From NCBI GenBank assembly GCA_965153285.1, contig OZ229112.1: a stretch of DNA of 64,000 bases. The stretch is one strand, 5' to 3'. The notes beneath the pieces were generated by a model. It ran no database searches and was not told the DNA's origin. It was given only the letters and a program-made list of their open reading frames with translations. This DNA comes from Podarcis tiliguerta. Its lineage: Eukaryota. Numbering within the stretch: the first letter of the stretch is position 1; each line of letters opens with the position of its first letter. Made by a program: the position numbers and the translations under genes. This document shows positions 26,659 to 38,784 of this stretch, in pieces.

Positions 26659-27175
26659 TTTATTTATATCCCGCCCTCCCCAGCCGAAGCCGGGCTCAGA
26701 GCGGCTAACATTAAATGTATAACACACTAACATAAAATCAGACAATTAATTAAAATACATCCTCAAATCAGATCAGGATCAGAATAAAATCCAATCAGAT
26801 GGCAACCCGCAGATTAGGGTTGGGGACCTTAAATGTTCACCAGGCCCAACTGTTTATGCTGAACTTATATGGGCCTGTGAGAAAAATTGGGAGGCCACTT
26901 TCATGCAAGTTCTTATGAAAGGGAAGAGGGAGTCAGACTGAACCCTGACCAAAGGCCTGGCAGAACAGCTCTGTCTTGTGGGCCCTACGGAAAGATGTCA
27001 GGTCCCGCAGGGCCCTAGTCTCTTGTGACAGAGTGTTTCACCAGATTGGAGCCGTGGCCGAAAAAGCCTGGCTCTGGTTGAAGCCAGCCTAACCTCTCTG
27101 TGGCCTGGGACCTTCAGGATGTTTTTATTTGAAGACCGTAAGTTCCTCTGTGGGACATTCCAGGAGAGTAGTTTG
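26617..27175 (-). mobile_element. L2-type LINE 3' fragment
   Basis: (TAA)n tail, 3' terminus matching the 14875-15148 copy, and an ORF C-terminal remnant (RNLRSSNKNILKVP...RARLF). Confidence 0.75.
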
Positions 27176-27390
27176 TACAAGTAGTTTGTACCCCTGAGTT
27201 ATACTTATGCCATAAAGAAACAGGTTTAATATTGACCCCCCCACACTAAATAACCTGAGAACTGTAGTTCTATAAGGGGGACACTAGGGACCTGTCAGGA
27301 GAATTCTCAGCAATATCAACAAACTATGATTCCCAGAATGCTTTGGGAGAAACTATGATAACTATCCTGATAAAAGAATTTGTGTCTGTC

Positions 27391-27391
27391 T

Positions 27392-27444
<53 letters not shown>
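27391..27444. repeat. Compound (TG)n(AG)n microsatellite
   Basis: Read directly. Confidence 0.95.
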
Positions 27445-27446
<2 letters not shown>

Positions 27447-27957
27447 TTAAGTGAAGTGCTGTAGCACAGTGGTAGAGCAGATGCTTTGGGTACCTGTCTG
27501 TGACCAACAGAAGCTGTGACCAACAGAAGCTGGGCCATTTAAAACAGTGAAATGGTAAGGAAGAATTATCCTCACCCCCAGTGCTGTAGCCCCAATCTAG
27601 TCCCCTGCTGCTACTTTTAACAATAACACCCCCCCAAAGAGTCACCAGACTGTCCAATCACAGATTTCCCATGTCAAGTCTATTTTTGTCCTAATTGGAC
27701 AGAGAAGCCACAGCTCTCTTGCCCAGGCTTATATCCCTTCATGACGTGATAGGATATTTGCTGCATGTAGGAACTGAATCCAGTCTCCAGTCTCTATACA
27801 GCTGCTTACTAGCTATAATGCTTCAGTATGAGATATGCTAACAAGAATGCAGAATAGTTCAGTTAAACTGTAGCACAAAAAAACATTCTTTGGATTTTTG
27901 TTTTGTCCCCCTACCCCCAAAACGCACATGCACATACACACACACTTGCATGACTCA

Positions 27958-28158
<201 letters not shown>

Positions 28159-30235
28159 TTAGGAATGATTTATGGAAAGAATAATAATTCAAGGAATATT
28201 TACAGTCGAAGTATCAACTACAACTGTAAAAGTTGAGTTTGCCAGAATTTGGTGATAAAGTTGTGTTTATGGAATTACAAATATTGTGCCAGTGGAATAA
28301 AGATGTGGAAGTATTTTAATAATTTATAATATAACTTTCATAGTTGATTACATGTGCATCCTAGCTTTTCAATATCCCTAGAATCAAGCTGAAATTGAAA
28401 CGTTGACTGTTTCAGACATTTTGTAGTTGCTTGCATCCGATTATGATGGAAACCCTTTAACATTTCTGCGCCTCAACACAGCTATAAATTAATTTCATAT
28501 CGTGTGTGGGTGCTACACAAAGATATATTGCCCTATGCTCTGCTATTTGTATAGAGCAATTTGAAACGCTAATGGATTCTAAATTAAATTTAAGAGACTA
28601 TAGCTGTCAAAATTATTGCAGAACCTCAAGTTCTGTTTACAGCCTGTGATGATTATGAACCAGATCTAACTATGTTAAAAGAGAATCAGTTGCAATGGCA
28701 GAATTATATAATTTGTGTCCAAATGAGTACAGCAAGGAACCGGCAGGCCTGCTATGGGGAAAATGTTTATAATAAGAACATAGTTCAAGTAATATGATCA
28801 CCTGGGGAATGCAGTCAGAAGAGAAAATTATGCTGCCTCATAATCAAGAGCAGGGAAGAGAAGTTATCCTAATGAATCGATTTATTACTCACTGTTGTGC
28901 CAGCAGCAGCTGTTGGACATTAAATACAATAATTTCTAACTAGCAAGCTCAACTCTCTTCAAACAACCTGGCAGCAGTTAGTCCCCAGATAAATGATGCA
29001 CCTAATCTGAAGGAACCTCTCTCTGTCTTCAGACGCCTATTAATTCCAAGTGGGATTAGCAGCACAGCATCAAAAGTTTGTGATAGTTTAGATGGGTTTT
29101 CTGAACCAAAATGGCAAAAAGGTGTTCCAAAAGGGAATGTGCAGTGCAATCTTCATTGTAGCGATGGGGAAAATCTATACGGTGAATGAATGGATGATGC
29201 GAAGGTGGACTCCCTTTGTAGCAGCGGGAATAGCCCTGACACAATATGGCAACTACATTACCTGTATAGTTATGTGTACATTTCAGTTAAGTTTGGTTTC
29301 TCAGCATTTTGGTAACAAAAAAGAAACACAGCTGCATAACTCATACTGTTTAAAATGAGATAACTTTGTTTGTATGTGTGTAAATGCACAGATCTGTATC
29401 TCTCCCCACCCCGCCCCCATATACAAAAGTAGAGAGTCTTTCATCATTGGTACCATGATTTTTAATAAATAACTACTTGGTAGTCTTTGAACAAGTCACT
29501 TGCATGTTTACTCAGAATTGTTCAGCGGACTTACTCCCAAGGAAGTATATGTAACATTGCAGCCACACTTTCCTAAACTGCAGGAAGTTGTTGTCAGAAT
29601 ACAATCAAGTTTTCAAGAAATGTGGTCAGTGCTTTGTCCAAGCTTTTTTTGTAAATTAAAGATGGATGAGTAACTACCAAAGTAATCTTATTGCCACTAT
29701 TTACAACTCAAAAAATAGGTTTGATTTCATGAATTACATCATAATAATATATAATATAATAATTTATTACGTATACCCTGTCCATCTGGCTGGGTTTCCC
29801 CAGCCACTCTGGGCAGTTTCCAACAGAACACTAAAATACAATAACCTATTAAACATTAAAAGCTTCCCTAAACAGGGCTGCCTTCAGATGTCTTCTAAAA
29901 GTTTGGTAGTTATTTTTCTCTTTGACATCTGTTGGGAGGGCATTCCACAGGGCAGGTGCCACTACCAAGAAGGCCCTCTGCTTGGTTCCTGGTAACTTGG
30001 CTTCTTATAGCGAGGGAACTGCCTTTTAATGCATCTTTTGACCTAAATATGTAAGATAATCATGCCATAGATAGTATTTTCATACTCAAATAGGAAATAA
30101 TGAAGCTATCAAACCCAGCGTAGTTCACAATGCAAAATTATATGGGAGCTTCAAATACAAACATGTACAGGTACTTGTTTCACTTCACTGATGTCTAATT
30201 CGTAATTGAATTTTTGAGAAAAAGAGTCAACTTAC

Positions 30236-30265
30236 GGGAATGCTTGTGCTCGTCAGGATCCTCAT
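30236..30265 (-). CDS. WDR64: WDR64 exon 5 (30-nt microexon)
   Basis: TTTTCCAG|ATGAGGATCCTGACGAGCACAAGCATTCCC|GTAAGT encodes MRILTSTSIP, matching the recalled human segment MRVQTSTNVT; phase 0-0. Confidence 0.85.
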
Positions 30266-30664
30266 CTGGAAAATCAAGGGGGGAAATCATGGAAGTAAGT
30301 GAGATGCAGTTGCAAGAAAATACTAAGAAGAAATACTATTTAATACTAAGAAGAAATACTATTTAAACTCAGGTTGGTGGCAACCAGGTAAACATTTCAA
30401 GAACCAGGTAAGGAAGTGTGAGATGCAGTCACAGTTCCCTCTGCTCTGCTCTCAGAATACATGTGTGGCTAGAGCATGTTTGTGACAAAATCAAAACCAC
30501 GCAGAGCACACGCAGACATTGTTTTAGTAAACTCACAGTGCCACAGTCTCATATGCAGTGCTTCCTTGGGTTAAAAATGAGGTGCCCATACCCCAAAATG
30601 AGGTGGTTGCCATGGGCAGCATTAAAAGAGGTGGCAGGATTCTATACCAGTGAGTATTGTCACC

Positions 30665-31172
30665 TTGCCAACAAAGGTCTGTACAGTATAGTTAAAGCTA
30701 TGGTTTTCCCAGTAGCGATGTATGGAAGTGAGAGCTGGACCATAAAGAAGGCTGATCGCCAAAGAACTGATGCTTTAGAGTTATGGTGCTGGAGGAGACT
30801 CTTGATTGTCCAATGGACTGCAAGAAGATCAAATGTATCCATTCTTAAGGAAATCAGCCCTGAGTGCTCACTGGAAGGACAGATCGTGAAGCTGAGGCTC
30901 CAATACTTTGGCCACCTCATGAGAAGAGAAGACTCCCTGGAAAAGACCCTGATGCTGGGAAAGATGGAGGGCACAAGGAGAAGGGGATGACAGAGGACGA
31001 GATGGTTGGATAGTGTTCTTGAAGCTACCAGCATGAGTTTGACCAAACTGCGGGAGGCAGTAGAAGACAGGAGTGCTTGGCATGCTCTGGTCCATGGGGT
31101 CATGAAGAGTCGGACATGACTAAATGACTGAACAACAACACCCAACTCGACACGACTAAACAACAACAACAA
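30665..31172 (+). mobile_element. BovB/RTE LINE 3' fragment
   Basis: IVKAMVFPVAMYGSESWTIKKAD...LEKTLMLGKMEG; (CAA)n tail; TSD TATTGTCACC at 30655-30664 and 31173-31182. Confidence 0.88.
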
Positions 31173-31999
31173 TATTGTCACCAAAAGCACTGCTTATATG
31201 TATATGAGCTTGATTTTTGTCTTGCCTTTCTTTCAATTTGATACAGACAGGATATTAAAAATAATTGAACATGGATCTAACTACAGTAAGATGCTCATTT
31301 TTAGGGTATCTGCACTGGAAGATGGCTGCAAATTTTCTAGTAACTGGTTTCCAAAAAAACTTGGCAAACCAATGGCAAAGTTGTTAATCATAAAATTGGC
31401 TGGCGTACTTGAAAGTATCAAAGACAATGTTTTGCTTTCCCTGTGTATTGTTTGTGACAAACATCCCTGAAGCATATTCAAATATTTGAACTGAACTGTT
31501 GCTCATGAAAACACATCAGACCATTGAGATAATTTTTAAAATGGAAGAGCTTGGTTTTTTGTTTTTTATTAAAAAAATTGACTTATTGATGATTGCCTAC
31601 AAAAGGCAATTTAAGCAGAAAAAGAGCAATGTTGAGACATTTTAATGGTTATTTTGAACGTTATTCTGTTTTGTGCAAGAAAAGAATCTTGCTCTTAGAG
31701 GTACTACAGAGATTATAGGCAGTCCTAATATGGGGATTTTTATGAATCTCACTGAAGACAGGAAATTTAAAGATCCTTTGTTTAGTCATAAAAAGTGGAC
31801 TGTAAATTATTTATCTCATCAAAAAATGATTTCCTAAAATTATGGGGGGGGGGGTAAATGTTCATGGTAAGATAACTTCTAGAATAAAAAGGCAAAGTAT
31901 TTTTCACTGTTATTTCATTGTATTCCAGATGTTTGTCGTCATGAGCAAATGTGTCAAATGATCAGCTATGTCCATATTGATGCTGGAAACATTTTGATC

Positions 32000-32890
32000 A
32001 AGGAACTTCTTTACATCCGCAGGTGCGGCAGTGGAGGTCTTGCCCCAGTAATGGACTGGATGAGAGCCAGCAAACTGATGTTCCATCCCGATAAGACTGT
32101 CAGTGGGTAGTTCCCTAGGCTGGATGGGAGTTTGCCTACTCTTGATGAGGTTACGCTCCCTCTGAAGAAGCAGGTATGTAGCTTCTGAATCCTCTGCTGT
32201 TGGTTGAGGCTCAGGTGGCCTTAGTGGCGCACAGTGCCCTCCATCAGCTTCAGCTGGTGGTCCAGCTGCGCTCCTATTTGGACAGGGATAACCTAACGTC
32301 TGTTGCCTATGCTCTAGTAAGCTCTGTGTTAGATTACTGCAACACATTATATGTGGGACTGCCTCTGAAGATGGTTCAGAAACTTCAGCTGGTGCAGAAT
32401 TCAGGGGCCAGGTTGCTCACTGGGGCAAAACAGGTTGAGCATGTAACACCAAACTTGGCCTGATTGCAGTGGCTGCCAATCAGTTTCCAGGACCAATTCA
32501 AGGTGCTGTTTTTTACCTATAAAGCCTTAAACAGCTCAGGACCATGATACCTCAAGGACTGCCTCTCTACAACCAGGCCTTTGGTTGATTAAACAATCTA
32601 TGGCTTTTTAAATGCGTTTGTGGGATGGGGGTTGTTGGTTTGTTGTTGTTGTTATGTATACAGGGTAGCCCAAAAGTAGGCATACTAATACTAATACTAA
32701 TAAATAAATAAATAAATGGATTATTTTTCTTTACTGATATTGTGAATGGTGAGAGCTTCAGTCGAAAACAAAGAAAGTGGATTCTAAAGCAGTATACCGA
32801 CTTTTGGGCCACCCTGTATTGCATTTTCATTTTGTAGTTTTATGTTGACCACTGCCCTGTGGTCTTTGGATGAAAAGCGGCATCCAAATT
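32000..32890 (+). mobile_element. Degraded L2
   Basis: LDYCNTLYVGLPLKMVQKLQLVQNSGARLLTG motif. Confidence 0.75.
32661..32816. mobile_element. Mariner-type MITE nested in an L2 3' UTR
   Basis: TIR CAGGGTAGCCCAAAAGT / ACTTTTGGGCCACCCTG, TA TSD. Confidence 0.8.
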
Positions 32891-32992
32891 TAATAAACAA
32901 TGTTAAGGGACTATTCACACAAGTGCCTCTTGTTTCAACTGGGTTTAAACTGCAAAGAGAAACCTCCCATTTGTCAGAATGCTCATTCACAG

Positions 32993-33121
32993 TCATGGAA
33001 TCAGAGTTGGAAGGGACCCCGGGGAGCATCTAGTCCAATCTGAATATGCACCTGTCCCATACGGAGATCGAACCTGCAACCTTGGCATTATCAGCATCAC
33101 GCTCCAACCAACTGAGCTATC
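32993..33121 (-). mobile_element. Short SINE: tRNA-Ile-like head plus CR1-like tail
   Basis: Minus strand reads TAGCTCAGTTGGTTGGAGCGTGATGCTGATAATGCCAAGGTTGCAGGTTCGATC, then GGTCCCTTCCAACTCTGATTCCATG. Confidence 0.6.
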
Positions 33122-33849
33122 AGTCAAGTGGTTTATTCTCAATGTGTGATTATATCCTTAATAACCTGCCAAAGATGTAGGCACACTCATACCCTATTTG
33201 TTTTCACAACAGCAGGGACTGTTATATTAATGTGACTCAAAATTTCCATGCAGAGCTTTCAAAAAGTAAGGTAATATTTTTTTGAGCTTTGGAAATGAAA
33301 TGGAAGTACTGATGTCAATGTGACATCATTGGAAAATCTTAGGTAGCAGCTGGGAGCTCTCTGAGGGGGATTATTTTTTAGAGCAGTTCTTCATAGAACT
33401 GTGAAAGAGATATAATGTACAGGCATACTGAATAGGTTTTCTCCCACATTCCTTCAGTAGTTCCCAAATGTCTCAGCCTTTCTTTAGTATTTAATCACCT
33501 GCAAGGATCTTTTATTATCTTGTACATGCCTATGATGCTTATTGTGTCCTAATTAAATTGAAACCCTGGGTGTGTTTTGCTGCATTACTGCATAGTCACG
33601 ACATTTCATAGGCTACTTGTACAAGAGCTACAGAAGTATAAAGGTAATAAACAGCACATAGCCTCATATTTGTGCCTTCTACCAGTTTACTGCTGCATTT
33701 AAACAAAGGATGTTGCATCCTTGGGAGATTTATTAGCATAGCTTTTCTTCCCCCTCTTCCAACATCTCACTTAAACGGGTTACAAAAAAAGAAAGAAAAA
33801 AGGATGAAATACAAGTGGTAACTGCCAACGTTTTATGGAATTGATTATT

Positions 33850-34480
33850 TTGAGACAACATCTTCCAAGACAACAATTCCCATTTACACCACAAAGCACT
33901 CATAACCCACCTACTTTCAGCAGCCAGAAACACCATAACCAGACACTGGAGAGACCTGTCAGGAGTAAGCATGGACCAATGGTACCAAATAGTATGGGAA
34001 ACAGCCCTACTATAAAAATTAACAAATAAACTGAAACTGACATGGGGACAAACAGAAGAAGACGCCTTTATGGCTCCCCCTTTATCACATACACAGCCCA
34101 ACAAGACAATGACAATAATCCACCAACAGCATACAAATCAATATGGCTGATCCAAAACACCCACCCACCCCACTCACACACGAAAACAAAGATCACCATA
34201 GCCAATCACAAACAAACAACCACGCCCTAGGCCAACCCCAACCTCTCTCACCACCAAGTGAACAGCAGAGAACTGGCATGAACAACGCTGACACCAAACC
34301 CTACATACATTAAGCAAAATAGAAACATCACCACCCGACCCCACCCATCTTTCCCCCCCCCCCACCCCTTTTCTTCCTAATGTCTCAACAAATGAAACTG
34401 ATTTGTAAAAATGTTACATGGAAAAAATATGAGAGACATTACACATACTTCTGTAAAACAAGAAAATATTTAATAAAATT
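33850..34480 (+). mobile_element. L1 3' fragment (ORF2 C-terminus plus 3' UTR)
   Basis: HLLSAARNTITRHWRDLSGVSMDQWYQIVWETALL remnant, followed by an A/C-rich UTR ending AATAAAATT. Confidence 0.6.
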
Positions 34481-35883
34481 TGAGACATGGGTTTTCACCA
34501 GCTGACCAATATGTACATGACCTCCACACACAAATTATGCGTGGTCATAGTGATTCCCATGTTTGTACACTCCTGTACTCTAATATTCTGTTTTAGGAAA
34601 ATGGGAAGCTTCCAATGGTAGTTCCCATTGGGAAGGAAGGGAGGCCACCAGCGGGTGGTGCCTAAGCCCATGATGGGCAGATATGGAGCCAACCAATCCT
34701 GCTTTTGCCCACATTTTCCTCCCTTCTGCGCTCTGCAAGGGCAAAACTGAGACCCAAAAGGAAGAGGGTGGAGGGCATTACCACCCATGGACAGGTTATA
34801 AACAAAAAGGTAGGCAGATGGGGACTGATTGAGGGCAGAATGAGGATGGTGGGGCAGTGCCCCATTTGCCCTAATGGACCAGCCTCTGACAGAAGCTGCC
34901 TTCTCCCAAGTTGGATAATTGGTCTACCTAGCTCACTACTGCCAGCACTGAATTGCCCCTCCATTTCTGACACAGATGTTTCTTCTAGGTTAACCTGGAG
35001 CAGGTAAGGAGCAGGTACGTAGAACTGCCATGTTTTACATTCTTAGCAGTTTCCATCACATACTTTGAAAAAAAATCTGGTTACAGCGTTGTTGTAAATT
35101 CCATTAGCGTTTCTTATCCCAGCAGGTCCCTCCACAAAGATGTGAAGCTGGAGTTGGGTGCCCCTTGTCAAAGCCTTTTCCAAAATGCCCAGCTGGAGGC
35201 TTTTACTATTCTCAACAAGGAAGGAAATGGAGGACCCTGCTGTGGAAATGGCTTAACTTGTCAGACTGAACCTGCTCCTGGAGATCCCAGCCATTGACCA
35301 TCAAGCTTGCTCCTATCTGGATGATCCTGAATTTTTACCTGCATAATTCTCATCTTTGTCACGATAGAGTGTTGGGATACTGAGAACTGGTTTCTAAGTC
35401 ATACCATTTTTTGAACAATATGTATTAAATGTCTGTGTATGCTACTCATTTTTCTGAAAGCCTTTGTCTGAATGAGTGGGAAAGGATGGGTGCATTATGT
35501 TTTAGAAGGAAGAGAAAGCAAACAATATACCAAGAGCTTCTTTTCCTACTAATGCATCATCCAAACGAAGGTGGCCTGGGCAATAACACATTTTCAGTTT
35601 GTGCAATGGCCATTTACTTCAATTAAGCTTCCACAGAACACTTTCTAGTGACCTGTTCTTACTTTGTTTGAATTTGGGCCTGAATAAAATACGAAAATTG
35701 TATTAAATGCCTACGTATTTCAGGAACCTGAAGCCAGCTATCTCTTGTATGGCAGACGTTTGCTTGACTATCTCACTCATATATAACCAAAGGGCAGATG
35801 CATTTACCATTGTAATTAGCTGTTCATATTAGAAAGTGCTCTGTACCATAGAGAAAACAAATCTAATTTACTTCAAAAATTAC

Positions 35884-35987
35884 CTGGCTGGAGAAAACGG
35901 ACAGCATCCCTTTTTGTGATGCTACTACTAAAAAATCCAGCTGTGGTACTTTCACTATGCACTTTATTACATCACGTCTCTTGACTC
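35884..35987 (-). CDS. WDR64: WDR64 exon 4
   Basis: TGGCAG|...|GTAATT; GVKRRDVIKCIVKVPQLDFLVVASQKGMLSVFSSQ; 104 nt. Confidence 0.93.
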
Positions 35988-36496
35988 CTGCCAAAGACAA
36001 AATACATTCTAAAATCTGCACAACAAAACTTCTAGGAATTAGGTAATGCACACAATTAGTAACAAGGCGAAATACACATCTATATGGAATTTTGCCTAAC
36101 AGACATGTTTTTGCAGAGGAATTTCCCCTAATATAATTCATTTTAGAAATTTGTAGTTTTCACTAAATATATGCATTTTCGTACATGTTAGTCGGCTGGA
36201 AAACTACACTGCAAAATCGTATGTAATTGTTTTGGAAAGTGCAAATTAGGGAGATCCACCTTTAAACATGAACAAATAGAATTTCTCCCCCATCCCTACT
36301 TGTAAAGAAATGGTACAGTCCAGAGGCAAGTATACCAACTCAGTGAGAACTAAACTGATATTTAAAAAAAATGTTTTTATAAACTTTTATGTCAACTTGT
36401 TTTTAATGCTTTATTTTAAGTAGATAATTTCTATTGCTCTTCGTGACCTGCTTAGGGCCTTTCTGTTGAGTAAGTGGTATATACCAGTAAATGTTG

Positions 36497-36568
36497 TAAA
36501 ATAAATAAAATAAAATAAAATAAAATAAAATAATAAAAAAAATAAAAAATAAAAAATAAAATAAAAAA
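36497..36568. repeat. (TAAAA)n A-rich repeat
   Basis: Read directly. Confidence 0.9.
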
Positions 36569-37230
36569 GTAATGGCTAAAAACCAGTGAGGGCATTTACA
36601 ATAGAATTACAAGCAGTTTTTGTCAAGGGCAGTTCATAGGTGAGTACAAATGAACAGATGGTTGCAGCAGAACCATAGAATGCATTAAAAATGTACAACA
36701 TGGCATCTTTGGAGACTTATGAAAACATACTTTTATAAATATAAAAAAGCATCATGCTCTGATTTTGAACTTCTGCTATATTAACAATATGATCATATAG
36801 GGAGTTTCTTGGGTGCGACTTTGGTGATGCCAATGGAGGGGTTTGCTAGTTGTCTTTTGGCTGGAGAAAAATGCAACTCAGAGTTACAACAGAAATGCTG
36901 TGATTTTAAAAAAAGGAAATCAAAGAACTGTTTGGGAAATCTACTTTAATTACATAAGAGTCTAACAGGAACCCTATAATAGCAGGCACAGTTCAATCCT
37001 GGGCAGGTCTATTCAGACATAAACATTTCTGAGTGCAATGGAGCTTTCTCTCCAGCAAGTGTGTATAGATTTGCAACCAGAAGCTGTTCACTGAATGGGT
37101 GGAGCCACTACTCTGACTTCCCGGCAGGTGAGCTAATGTTGCTTATTGGGAGAGGAGGAGGGGCAATATATTGTTCTGCCCACATCTGATGACACATTAT
37201 GCATAAGTTCAATAAGGGCAGAGAACATTA

Positions 37231-37344
<114 letters not shown>

Positions 37345-37459
37345 CTAAAACAAGCCAAACAAAATGCAGCACCACATAAGAAGAACCTAAACTGCATGGA
37401 GAAAGGATGACATATATTTAAAACTCTACATATATTTAAAAGTCAGTAGTAGTCAGATG

Positions 37460-37994
37460 GATGGTGACAGCAGTCACGAAATTAAAAGACACCTACTTCT
37501 TGGGAGAAAAGCAATGACATAGCTAGACAGCACCTTAAAAAGCAAAGACATCACCTTGCCGACAAAGGTCCGTATAGTTAAAGCTATGGTTTCCCCATTA
37601 GTGATGTATGGAAGTGAGAGCTGGACCATAAAGAAGGCTGATCGCCAAAGAATTGATGCTTTTGAATTATGGTGCTGGAGGAGACTCTTGAGAGTCCCAT
37701 GGACTGCAAGAAGATCAAATCTATCCATTCTTAAGGAAATCAGCCCTGAGTGCTCACTGGAAGGACCACCTCATGAGAAGAGAAGACTCCCTGGAAAAGA
37801 CCCTGATGTTGGGAAAGATGGAGGGCACAAGGAGAAGGGGATGACAGAGGACGAGATGGTCGGACAGTGTTCTCGAAGCTACCAGCATGAGTTTGACCAA
37901 ACTGCGGGAGGCAGTGGAAGACAGGAGTGCCTGGCATGCTCTGGTCCATGGGGTCACGAAGAGTCGGACACGACTAAACAACTAAACAACAACA
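37460..37994 (+). mobile_element. BovB/RTE LINE 3' fragment
   Basis: Same family; (CAA)n tail; TSD AGTAGTCAGATG. Confidence 0.88.
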
Positions 37995-38743
37995 AGTAGT
38001 CAGATGATGGCTAGAACACAGGTAGCGGAAGTCCCACTACGAAGATCTAGAGCACATAATTGTGCCTGTTTCACTGCTTCCTCGAGAACATGGCCAGCAG
38101 AGATAACCAGGGTGGTCCGTTGCTGTTGACATCCATATCAGTGGTTGGCACCCAGGACACATTAGAAACCATCCAAGAGTTGCTTGCTAGGCATTTTGAG
38201 GATGAAGTCATTGATCTCTGTAGCTAGCTAGATGCCATGACTGATGCATTCTCAAACAAGAATTCCAGTGCTCCATCAAGCCATGTTTTATGCAATCAGT
38301 TTCAAGTTTTGCAGCCTAATGACATTGACAGAGTGCCTGTGAGTATGTGGCCAATGATGTTACCTTTGGATCCTTGTCTTTCATGGCTGAGTCATGCTAG
38401 TTGGGTGGGGAGGAGGGGGCCAGCTCTGTCACTGAAGCCACATGTGGCTAGATGTGCCTTTTGCCACCTTTGGTTGGTAAGACAGCTACAGCCAATCCTG
38501 GATCAAGATAGCTCAACCACAGCTGTCCGGCCTCACAGTTGGATTACTGCACTATGCTCTATGTGCGGCTCCCCTTGGGTTTGGTTTGGAGGCTGCAGCT
38601 GATAACAGAACGTCACAGCTAGGTTGCTTGTGGGGCAAACTATTAACAGCATGTAGCACCTTGCTTGTGGGATTTGCAATGGCACTCAGTCTGCTACCAG
38701 GCCAAGTTCTATACAGTTCAGGACCAGGTTACTTGAGACAGCA

Positions 38744-38745
<2 letters not shown>

Positions 38746-38781
<36 letters not shown>
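38746..38781. repeat. (TA)n microsatellite
   Basis: Read directly. Confidence 0.95.

Positions 38782-38784
<3 letters not shown>

Noticed and set aside
33050-33121. Functional tRNA-Ile gene (likewise tRNA-Lys at ~5560-5628)
   Set aside because: Degenerate stems and direct fusion to CR1-like tails indicate SINE heads.
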